Both the position numbers and the translations under genes were made by a program. The notes beneath the pieces are model-generated. The model searched no databases and was not told the DNA's origin. It saw only the letters and a program-made list of their open reading frames with translations. From Oopsacas minuta (lineage: Eukaryota; Animalia; Porifera), in NCBI GenBank assembly GCA_024704765.1, contig JAKMXF010000335.1, forward strand, positions 1-64,000: DNA of 64,000 bases, written 5' to 3'. This document shows, one piece after another, positions 11,571 through 22,173 of the stretch. Position 1 is the first letter of the stretch; each line of letters starts with the position of its first letter.

Positions 11571-13117
11571 TCAGTTATCTACTCTGTCGGTATCAGAGAG
11601 TCTAGGTCGAGTATTTGTAGGGGCCGAATACTTGTTATTTGTGAATTGGGGAGTGGAATAGCTTGATTGAATTTTAGTGAGATTTGGGTCATTCACAGAA
11701 CTGATACCCAAATTAAACGAGAGCTTGCTATCACCGACGAAACTAGGAAATGTAAGGAAACTATTATCCAACATCATTACCTTCTTCAAATTAGATATGT
11801 TGGTTATTTCATTAGAGACCCTGCTCTAATGAATTATTATTCAAATATAGCCGTTCTAAACTCTCCAATTGAGCTATATCATCAGTGATTTCTACGATCA
11901 TATTATGATTCATGTATAGAACTTTCAAATTCTTCAATCTCAATACACCAGCTGGAATTGTAGTGAAATAATTCTCACATAAATGGAGATGACGTAATCC
12001 AGTTAGTTTACTGAAGTTTTCAGGTAATACAGTCAATTCATTAGTAGACAACCATAGTATTCGTAATTTATTGAAACACTCACATAAATTGAATTGGGTA
12101 TGTCTGTATCTGGTTGCCATGAGCATATAATTCTTCTAAATGATTTAAACCCGAAAGTTTAACAACCTCCAAATGATTCAGTCTATTATTAGACAACCAT
12201 AATACATGCAAATCTTCATGATAAGGTAAATCTAGTGGTAATTCATTTATATCTTTATAAGAGAGATCTATTACTTTCTTACCAGCTATAGACATCTCGC
12301 TTGTCTGTTCTATGCCAGGTGTAATCAATGGTGTAGCCACACTACGTCTAGGTCTGGTGACGGATAGTTCTGATGCGTTATTGAATAATTTTAGTTGGAG
12401 GGGTTTTTCTCTCTTTTTCTTTTCAACAGCTGGTAATTCTCCGATATTGTCGGAATTTGGGGCACTCTCTTCTTTGTTAGCGTCAGTCACTTCGCCGTTT
12501 TCTTGGCCTATATCTTCTGTCACGGTTACTTGCACATCATGCACACATTCCTCTGGTGCAGTATCGTAACCAGGACGGATTTTACTTAACAGCTGTTCAA
12601 AATTCTTTTGTAGCGTCAGTTTGGGCATATCCATTAGGTGAATGACGTTCACATCAGCCAATACAGGTGGGATGATATTGTTAGGATCTGGCGTAAAACT
12701 AACTACGATTGTACGGTTAGGAAGTTCATTAACAAAATTCTCCAGTATACGTAGCTTAGGGAGAGAGGTCTGTAGAGAAATGCAGGTATGTTGCTGACAG
12801 ATAAACTGGAAATATGATTCAGATATCACTATGATAAAGTAGTCACATTGTTTTAACTGCTCTCCAGCCCAGGTATCAGACTTTTCCTCTGAGCCGAATT
12901 GGTCTACAGATACGTAGATACGTTCATCAGTTAGAGTTTGAGAGAGATTGCATACTCGTGCTTTCTCATATTCTACACGGAACTTCCTGAGATGATCATC
13001 TTGCTCTGAGTTAATTGGAAGGAGGGAAATTGGGTCGTGACAGTATGAGATGAATAGTCTGGTTGGACCTGGGGGAATTTCTTCTGTGTCTCTAAAAGAA
13101 ATTGAATATAAGTACAT
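11571..13117 (-). CDS. SEFIR-like domain + linker + C-terminal LRRs; reading frame broken by two +1 frameshifts (error or pseudogene)
   Basis: RLFISYCHD and WAGEQLKQCDYFIIVISESY resemble SEFIR boxes. LxxLxLxxNxLxxLP repeats continue across three ORFs if one T (~12087) and one G (~11817) are removed. The first codons (MYLYSISFR) also read as a polypyrimidine acceptor ending at 13092, so an upstream exon is possible. Confidence 0.7.
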
Positions 13118-13393
13118 AATTTCTACAAATACAGGTCTACTTTACTTTAACGAAAACTATACTTTTTCTATTGCCAGAAGTAAACTAAGAATTTTGACCA
13201 AAGAACATATTAGAAATTGAATATTCACTTCTAGGTCAAATGGAAATTCGCTAGGACAGTGCTTACCTGGTAGCTCTAGAACGTTTAGACATCATATTGC
13301 TATCTAATGGGTAGATAAAGGATAATGAAGTGGGTTTCCCTGCTCCTCAGGTCCCGATTTTTTCGTAACAAGTAGTATACAGCAATAGATTTG

Positions 13394-13452
13394 CCCGATA
13401 GAAATGTACTATATTTGTCTGCCCCCAGACAATATAGTACATTTCTATCGGG
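13394..13452. repeat. Near-perfect 27-bp inverted repeat (hairpin)
   Basis: CCCGATAGAAATGTACTATATT(T)GTCTG-cccc-CAGACAATATAGTACATTTCTATCGGG; one-base bulge. Confidence 0.9.
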
Positions 13453-14006
13453 TGTAAACGGCCTATTAATAACTTTTTTCATGGAGATAGAGTCCAGTAT
13501 CGCATGGTAATTAGTGTGGATAATCGCAAATTCGCGTGTTTGCAAGGAAAATTCTTCAAAATTCGAATTGCTAATATGAGATTGCCACTGTATACTACAA
13601 AATTCAGAAAAACAATATTATAGAATAAAGAACAAATGGAGCTTTCCATCCAGAGGAATTAAGGAAAATTACATGTAATACCGGACTAATTATGTATTTG
13701 GACTGAATTATTCAAAACTGTGAGAATAAGTGAATTCATAGCACAATGGGTATCACTTATAAGAACATAAATATTTTGCTACTCCCAAGGCTGTTTATAT
13801 AAGCGATAAACACTGTTAATTAGAATAACACAAAGGACAATACCCATAGTCCCATACCTATGTGATGAGATAACAAGCAGGGAGTATGAGAATATAAGAC
13901 TGCACTAAAGCTATATCTATATGTTATGTGTGGGTATTTTCGTACACAAATTGTATCTATTAATGAAATACGTAGAATCAATTCAGATAATAACAGTATT
14001 GAGATA

Positions 14007-15289
14007 TTACAGATATGAGAATGCCTGTAGTTCGTTATGATCTTTATGGTCTACTGTTATAATAGTGAATACATCATATACTGCTATTCCTCTTAGATCA
14101 GTGAATTCTCCTGGAGCTGATCCTTCTTTACCGATTTTAGTAATCAGTTTCCTTTCATTAGAGAATATCTTGACTTGAGAATAACCTGAATCTGCTAGTA
14201 TTATAATTAGTTGTTGATCCATACTAAAGAATCAAACCTCATTCAACATATCTTTGTGTATAATACATCTAGTCAGTCTGCCTTGTTTGGAGAAAGCTTG
14301 TATAGGATAATCTGAGTCAGTGAAACAAACGTATACTTCATCTTTAGCTAGTGATATATCTCTGATAAAAGTGTTATCTTGCTTGAATTGAGTGATTAGA
14401 GATATTCTCTTTTCTTCATTCATCTCAGAGGTTAGGACTGTTAACTTCATATTCCTATATTCACCCACATAGATATGTGTATTGTCATTACAGATACATG
14501 ATAGTTGATACTCGTAAGTTTTATGAGATTCCCTCTTGAGGGTAGATTTGTTGAATTTAACTATTCTATTTCTACACTGTACTAATATAGAGTTATGTAG
14601 AATGAGGATATTCTCTGGATCAGCCATTACTTCATCTTTGAAAGAATTAACCCATTCTCCATTTCTAGAGAATATCTGTACTCTGTGTATGGAATCTGTC
14701 ACATAAATCTCATCATTAATAGAATCAATAACTATACCACATGGATTATATAGTTGATTATCTTGCTTGCCTCTGTCACAAGAACTCCATTTCAGTTGAA
14801 TAGGAGTGTTTTCTTCAAACTTTACAATTCTCTGATCACAACTAAACAGTGTATTGATACTCTCTCTCAACTCTCTCACTTTACAATTCAGATTGATAAA
14901 AGGGATATCTATATTCATTTCTCTTTTCACTGACTCTATTGCTTCAGGTATCTTGTCAAGAGGATTGGGTAGAGATGGGTCTAAGTCTTGGAAGAGTTTT
15001 TCCAGTTCACTTTTACGTTTGTTTATCTCTTCTATCTGTTTATTGATTTCATTTCTTCTCTTGTTCATCCTTTGATAGCTTCATCCCAGATACCTTCCAA
15101 TTCCCTGATAATCAGCTGAGTCTTGTCTTCAATGAGCTCTTTCATTTCTTCACTGACTCTCCTCACGAGTGACTTCTTGCTATCAATCACTTCTCTCAAT
15201 GTATTCATTCTGTCCTGTAGCTTGTTAGGGACTGGCATCAAGCTAACAGGTTCACAGGCTGGATTCTCGTTGTTTGGTGCAGTAGCCAT
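14007..15289 (-). pseudogene. Coiled-coil + NHL/beta-propeller gene, disrupted
   Basis: MATAP... coiled-coil N-terminus; LYNPCGIVID, HRVQIFS and GKEGSAPGEFTDLRGIAV NHL repeats; -1 frameshift at ~15070, in-frame TGA at 14232-14234, further stop at 14007. Confidence 0.8.
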
Positions 15290-15974
15290 TTCTTAGTTTA
15301 CTATACAATTAGTATAATACTGATATTATTTAGAAAGTGGATATTTCCTGTTCTCGCTCGCTTATGCATATTGAATATCTAATTACTAAATACACCATCT
15401 ACTAGTGGTCACAGAATTATCTACAGTAAACTCTCGTTATAACCAAAGATGGATCTAGGTTCAACCATCAGGTGTGGGGTTTTGACTTCAAGCTTACTGC
15501 TTATACTCTCCCCTCAGGGGGTTTTAAGAAATATTCTCAGGGTTTTTGTATTCAGATTCATAGTTCAAGGAGGTAACCTCCCTCTGAGGGGTGGCTAGAT
15601 AAATACTGGTTATAACAATGTGATAAATTACTTTCTCTAGCTGGAATTAATTCACTTCACTCCGCCTTATTACAAAATGAATCCAAGCAACGAGCATAGT
15701 TACATAACGATATTACACATGATACGCTACTAATGAATGCTAAAAAATTGGGTACTTCGCAAAAATATATCCAATTATATAAATTTATGTATATTGTATA
15801 CTACTAAATGGATGGAAAAGAAGTAGTAAGTAAATTTGAAAAATAGTGTTCAATCGCAATGGGCTGACATATAACTCGTAATCTACGTTGACTAAGATTC
15901 CAATATCTGAAGTTCAAATATGAACTATAAATTGGAATACAAATACATTGAGAGTAACAAAGAAATAACAACAA

Positions 15975-17422
15975 ATGATGAACTATAGAATAATTTGCTT
16001 TGTTGCACTATTTGCTGCTACATACGCACAATTCCCTCAACTCTCCAGGAGCTACTCGTTTGAAGCAACAGCAACAATAATTGTAACAAAGAATACATTA
16101 TCTACAACAATATACACACAGTATAATGTGGCTAGTGATAGTACACGTCTCCTTGTATTGGAGGATACACTCACAGAGAGAGGATCCTCGAGAACTACTA
16201 TTGTAAGTCTGAATGATGAAGCGTCGTATAACATAGGTATATTTGGCCATTGCAATATGCATCCAATCACAGGGAATCCAAATAGGCCATTCAGGAACCC
16301 TGCAAACCCTTGGGCGATCTTCAATCAGGCAGTAGAAAATCCATTGGGTACATTCACTTACATAGATGGAAATGTTACACTAGTGCTCAGGATAATTGAC
16401 GGACTCCCGGCAATGTATATCGAGACAACAAAACTCAACACAACTGGCAATGAAACATCTGAATTATCGATAATGATAAACAGATTCAATAACCAGAAGC
16501 CTCGATTTTCCACATTCACGATACCAGAAACATGTTCAAACTTCATATGTAAAGCATGTTTTGACCAAAACATGACAAGAACAACAACTGGTACTCTTAG
16601 AACAAGTATAGTACAACAAGAACAACAACTGGTACTCCTAGTACAAGTAATAGCACAACAAGAACAACAACTGGTACTCCTAGCACAAGTAATAGCACAA
16701 CAAGAACAACAACTCCTAACTGCACAAGGTACCCTAAACAGTAATAGCACAACAAGAACAACAACTGGTACTCCTAGCACAAGTAATAGCACAACAAGAA
16801 CAACAACTGGTACTCCTAGAACAAATAGCACAACAAGAACAACAACTGGTACTCCTACCACAAGTAATAGCACAACAAGAACAACAACTGGTACTCCTAG
16901 CACAAGTAATAGCACAACAAGAACAACAACTGGTACTCCTAGCACAAGTAATAGCACAACAAGAACAACAACTGGTACTCCTAGAACAAATAGCACAACA
17001 AGAACAACAACTGGTACTCCTAGCACAAGTAATAGCACAACAAGAACAACAACTGGTACTCCTAGAACAAATAGCACAACAAGAACAACAACTGGTACTC
17101 CTACACAAGTAATAGCACAACAAGAACAACAACTGGTACTCCTAGAACAAATAGCACAACAAGAACAACAACTGGTACTCCTAGAACAAATAGCACAACA
17201 AGAACAACAACTGGTACTCCTAGCACAATTACTAATACCTTGAGAACAACCAGTAGGACCCCTAGACTGACTACTACGAGATTTAGCAGTACCTCAACAC
17301 GCTCTAGTACATCCACGGGTTCTTCTTCTACTGCTGCCCCCATTAGCTCTGCTGGCACTATACTCAGCAGTTTCCTAATAGTATTATTTGCCCTGGTTGT
17401 ATTACTCCTATTTATGGCGTAA
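15975..17422 (+). CDS. Ependymin-related (EPDR-like) protein A: signal peptide, EPDR-like domain, long Thr-rich stalk, GPI-anchor-type tail (tail out of frame in this sequence)
   Basis: Signal peptide then FPQLSRSYSF, YNVASD, NPWAIF, GLP, FSTFTIPETCSNFICKACF. The hydrophobic tail SSAGTILSSFLIVLFALVVLLLFMA lies in the 17240..17422 frame. Confidence 0.65.
16568..17228 (+). repeat. Coding minisatellite, about 16 units of 39/42 bp
   Basis: Unit ACAAGTAATAGCACAACAAGAACAACAACTGGTACTCCTAGC (TSNSTTRTTTGTPS) alternating with a 39-bp TNSTTRTTTGTPR variant; indels at ~16608, ~16713-16740 and ~17104. Confidence 0.95.
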
Positions 17423-17559
17423 CCGGAACTGTATTTACTAGTGTTTGGTGGTTTGTATTTTACATTTTAATCTATAAGTCATATTTGCATGCAATCATAT
17501 GTGTATGGTTATTTTGTGTGATAAATTACATAAGTATTCTCAACAACTAAATATATATT

Positions 17560-17770
17560 TGCTTATGAGCATCCGAGTTCGCTCGCTCAAATTCTCACAT
17601 GTATATTTAAAGTAAATAAACAATTGAAATATATATTAATCAATTCATTTTTCAAATTTATACTTTGCTAAATTCGAGGCACGAAGTGCCGAGTCTCATG
17701 CGAACATAAAACGTCTGCAATCCGTGCACGCGAGCAAGCGAAGCGGTTCGTCTACATTATGATACTAGTA
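17560..17770 (+). mobile_element. Helitron-like fragment
   Basis: GC-rich stem-like segments (GAGGCACGAAGTGCCGAG; GCGAGCAAGCGAAGCGGTTCG) followed by a CTAGT end at ~17765. Confidence 0.45.
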
Positions 17771-17985
17771 CAAAAAGTATTACACTAGTGTGACATAATA
17801 GGTTGGTTTCTTGTATGGCAGCATACATATACTTACTAATTTGTCTGGTTTATGAGAGTATATTACTCAGTGTAATTGCATTATATTCACTTGCAGATCG
17901 TAATTGATAATTATTTACCAATTCCGAAGCATAAAAACTATAAATAATATACATTACTTTTAGAAATACCAAGAGTCAATACAAG

Positions 17986-18693
17986 ATGAAGCGTCTAATA
18001 ATCTGCATATTCACACTGTTTGCTGTTACCAACACACAATTCCCTCCACTACCGCCCAGCTTTTCGTTTAAAGGAGATGGTGATTTTTTTGTATTTTTCG
18101 CTCCACGGCCCTCTTACCCAATAGCTAGGTATAATGTAGCTAATGATGTTACAAGAGGACTACAATTTGTAGATATTAGTATACTTCTACCTGGATCACC
18201 CATTAATGTATATGGTATTTATAGTGTAAATGATAACGCTACTTATATTGATCAAGATGGTGTGTGTTCAGCCAACACTTTTAGTGATCTAGTTCCTTTT
18301 CTGGCCGATTCAAATACTTGGGATCTGTTTGCAACAGCTAACGAGAATCCAGCTGGGCAATTCACTACACCTTCTTATAACGCATCAGTTATAATAGAAG
18401 ATGGACTACCTGTACTATTCGTTGATGGGGGTGGTAGTGAAGGTGTATCAGTAATTGACATAACCAACTAGAGGAACGAAACACCTCCATTTTCTACCTT
18501 CACGTTACCTGAGGTATGTTCCAACTCCGTTTGTGATTCATGTTATGCACCTACCACAGACAGCCCTACATCCATTCCCAGCTCTGCTGGTAATATAGCT
18601 AGCAGTTTGTTACTATTGCTAGCTACTCTTTTCTACAGTATAATTATCACCAACAGCATTATACTAGTGTGTCCATATATGTGTGTATTCTAG
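17986..18693 (+). pseudogene. EPDR-like paralog B with one in-frame TAG (18469-18471)
   Basis: Signal peptide, PRYNVANDVTRGLQ-type block, NTWDLF, GLPV. The frame continues past TAG as RNETPPFSTFTLPEVCSNSVCDSCY...SSAGNIASSLLLLL. Confidence 0.75.
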
Positions 18694-19559
18694 GTTATAA
18701 GATATACTCTATATGTGTCCTTATTTGTTACCGTCAGCATGAAATTCCTTTCATTATAGGGCCCACATTACCATGTTTGGGAAATTTCACGTTGACAACG
18801 CCACAACGCAGGATTGTGACGCATTCTATTCTCAAAAGTGTTCGGAAGATGGTGAAGTGACTCATCAAATTGCTGGAAATTTAATGCTGATTATGAATAT
18901 CACAATGAATAATGGCTAACACTCGATTACACAAGTCAGATAGTTTTGAAAAATACTTCCCCCTGTCGGCCAGTCGGCCTTTGGGGTGATAACAAACGAA
19001 AGCTATCACCCATTGACTATTATCAGACATTTTCTATGTTCAAAGATGTATACCTTGCAAAAAGTCGCTATTAGAATTATTGCTCAAAATGGTACCAACG
19101 TCCAACCAACCCTTCTGGCTCATGGCCCATAATGCAGTTACTGTATTTGGATAATTACTTTTACGCATAGGTAGAAATTAGAGAATTTGTTAGCATATAA
19201 CTAGGTTTGATAGAACCAGATTGTAAATCTTTTTATAGCTGTCAGAGATATTAAAGTTCAACAGCCTTAGAGTTATAAATGATATATCGATGCCCGGACA
19301 ATGCCTCAGGGCTGGATATGCCACTGAAGTACATTGTATTAGTAGCCCATGACAGATATTATTCAAGTTTATGAGTCACAGACTTGTATTTATAGCAAGT
19401 CTGGGAAGCATAAAATACTTACAATTATAGCATCTAAATATTAGATGATTTGTAAATGCTCACTGCCAAATATGCCAATGATAACAAAATAACACATGCT
19501 ATATTATTCTTGAGGTGTTTAAGAGTGAGGGCCTCGTACAAATTGTAACTGGTAATTGC

Positions 19560-19814
19560 TGTAGTTTCAAATACGCAACTACCTCAACTCTGAGCCAGCT
19601 TTCCATTTTACGGACCTGGTTTATATATTATAGGTCACCTAACCCTTTCCCAAAGCATTTGCCTTGGTATAATGTAGCTAACGATATCACGAGCGGACTG
19701 CGATTAGAAAATTCCAATGGCGAGTGTTTGAGAAACTCTTTCAGAGAACAAAATCCCTTCCTAGTCAATTCAAATCAGCCAACTATAACATTCTCTATTT
19801 CAACACTTGGATAA
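19560..19814 (+). pseudogene. EPDR-like paralog C, degraded fragment
   Basis: LPWYNVANDITSGLRL matches the YNVANDVTRGLQL block of B and D; the remainder is deleted or frameshifted. Confidence 0.6.
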
Positions 19815-20132
19815 ACAGTTGCTTCTACTAGATCTATGAAATACCAATCACAATAAACAGCTACAGGAATACAGTTGTAAGTAATGCTATATGTTATGTT
19901 CTTGCAGCATTTTAACAAGTACACAGATATAATAACTGATAATTAGATAGCCATTTGCAGGTGGATAATGTAAGGGCAGTTAGTAACTGATATCCTATTG
20001 AGATAACTATCATCAGTAATCAGTAGTACCGCCCCCCTGTTAGTTAATACTATTGTGTTGATTTTGTGAACAGAATTAGTTCACTAACAGTTTCCCTATA
20101 AATGTGTATAATGATGAGATGATAGCTGTAGC

Positions 20133-20215
20133 CAGGGTTTTATATTTGATTCAGTATTAATCTTTAGGAATACTGGGGGGATCCCAGGGCACACCCCGAT
20201 CTGTATAAAACCCTG
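20133..20215. mobile_element. 83-bp MITE
   Basis: Perfect 12-bp TIR CAGGGTTTTATA / TATAAAACCCTG; flanks CTGTAGC / CTATAGC form an imperfect duplication. Confidence 0.7.
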
Positions 20216-20489
20216 CTATAGCTGAATATTTATCTTCGAGTTATCCTGAAATATACTCAATTATATAATCAAATTTAACTGCATGGAAAGGGCCATTTAT
20301 TCTTTGTTTCGAACTTTGACAAAAATTCAAACAATATTTTCAGAATTCTCATCAACTCACAAATTTTAATCCCTTGAAAGCCACTCAATCCAACCTCTTT
20401 GTGTAATTGGAACATTCACGAATTTTGCCAATTCTCTTGAGAGTTGAAATTATACTCCCTGTACAAATATTATTCCTAAACAATAATTA

Positions 20490-21377
20490 TTGTACTTTCT
20501 ACAGGAAGATAATAGTATAAACAGTCTAGCATGTTTTTGCTTATTCGCAGTGCTTGCTGCTACAAACGCGCAATTACCTGAACTATCAGCTAGCTTTTCA
20601 CTTGAAGGAACTGCTGTATATACTATTGCAGGTACCGTGATCACTGTACCTCGGTATAATGTAGCTAACGATGTTACAAGGGGGCTGCAATTACTAGACG
20701 TTAGTGTAATTTACATTGGATCACCAACTGATGCTGTCGGTATATATAGTGTTAATGATAACTCAACATACAGAGAATAGAATGGTGTATGCTCTGATGA
20801 ATCTTTCAGCAAACTAATACCCTTCCAAGCCGATTCAAATACCTGGGATCTGTTCAATGGGTCTACAGAAGAACCAGCCGGAACATTCTCTGTTTCAACA
20901 GCTACTGCTAGCTACGAGCTAATAATATTGGATGGAGTACCTGCAGTATTTACAGTAATAAATACAGATTCTGATACTGCATTAATCATTATACACAGCT
21001 TTAGAAACGAGGTACCGGCATTTTCTAGATTCATATTACCTGATGCATGTTCCGATCGCATTTGTGCATCATGTTATGACCCTAGTGTTACAACCATCAC
21101 TACAACTACCATGGGACCTACTAGCCCTAGTACTACAACCATCACTACAACTACCATGGGACCTACTAGCCCTAGTACTACAACCAGCACCACTAGCATG
21201 ACCACAACTAGCACGGCTACCACTACTACAACTAGCACGGCTACCACTACTACAACTATGTCTACTACAACTATGATTCCTACTACTGAGGATTCTGCTC
21301 TTAACTCAGCTGATACGATAGCTAGTAGTTTGTTACTAATGTTGACAACCCTTACTATGTTACTCCTATTTTATTAA
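20490..21377 (+). pseudogene. EPDR-like paralog D with one in-frame TAG (20778-20780), Thr-rich stalk and GPI-type tail
   Basis: The two track ORFs are in the same frame, separated by TAG where paralog B has Gln (YIDQDGVC vs YRE*NGVC). FSRFILPDACSDRICASCY, duplicated TTITTTTMGPTSPS, hydrophobic C-terminus. The listed start is TTG; no in-frame ATG precedes the signal peptide. Confidence 0.75.
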
Positions 21378-22173
21378 CAGTGGACGTTATGTATATTCTA
21401 GGAATATGTTACCGTATATACGTAACATAATATTTAGTTTTGTATATCATTTGTATAATAAAGTGCGAATAAACTGATTGAAACTATTTTGTGAACTAAA
21501 TATAACTGCGTATATACCTGTATACAACCTGGGAGACTGAGGCGAATCATCACAATCATAATAATTAAATAGAGTGCAGTACGAAGCACAGATAAAATAC
21601 AGTATATACAATCTAGCTAATCCAAACAGTACTGTTCAATTACAAAATAATTGTAGAGATTAGTGAAATGCATTGAAACAATTCAATATGAAAAGAGATA
21701 TATTTATAATATTGTGTATAAGATGAAAAGGCTGCTTGTGTAATATATGTAGTATTTGAATTGTCCGCAGTAGAATTGGATACAATTAGGCCTTTGGAAA
21801 CATTGTTTAACCAGTATATACTGTTCGGATTAGTGAGAGTCTATTATATACTGTGTATAGCCATAATCCAACTCAATCTCAATTAACAAACTCCATAAGA
21901 ATCGCACGATAATGAGAGAGAAGAATTGGATTGTAATATCTTTTAAGTAAAGCGTACAAATAAACAAACTACAGTATTAATATATTACAATTTATTATTA
22001 ACTGATTAATGTGAATAAATTTATTAACATAGTAATTTCCAAAAAAAACACAAATATTTAATGGAATAAATAAAAGTTACACCGGCTGTGTTTATGATTA
22101 AAATCATCTTCATTTATTTGTTGCAGTCCTTTTCTGTATCAGCTGATACAAATTGTTATTGCATGCAGAGTTA

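Noticed and set aside
12075-12085. GTGAGT as an intron donor explaining the LRR frame change
   Set aside because: The following bases encode the next in-register LRR and an intron would remove it; a 1-nt indel is more parsimonious.
16358-17358. Long antisense ORFs (poly-V/L hydrophobic 239 aa; Cys-rich 132 aa; 85 aa)
   Set aside because: Shadows of the stop-poor A/C-rich tandem repeat on the plus strand; no independent start or context.
18955-19015. Hairpin with GAAA suggesting a hammerhead ribozyme
   Set aside because: The CUGANGA core is absent on both strands.
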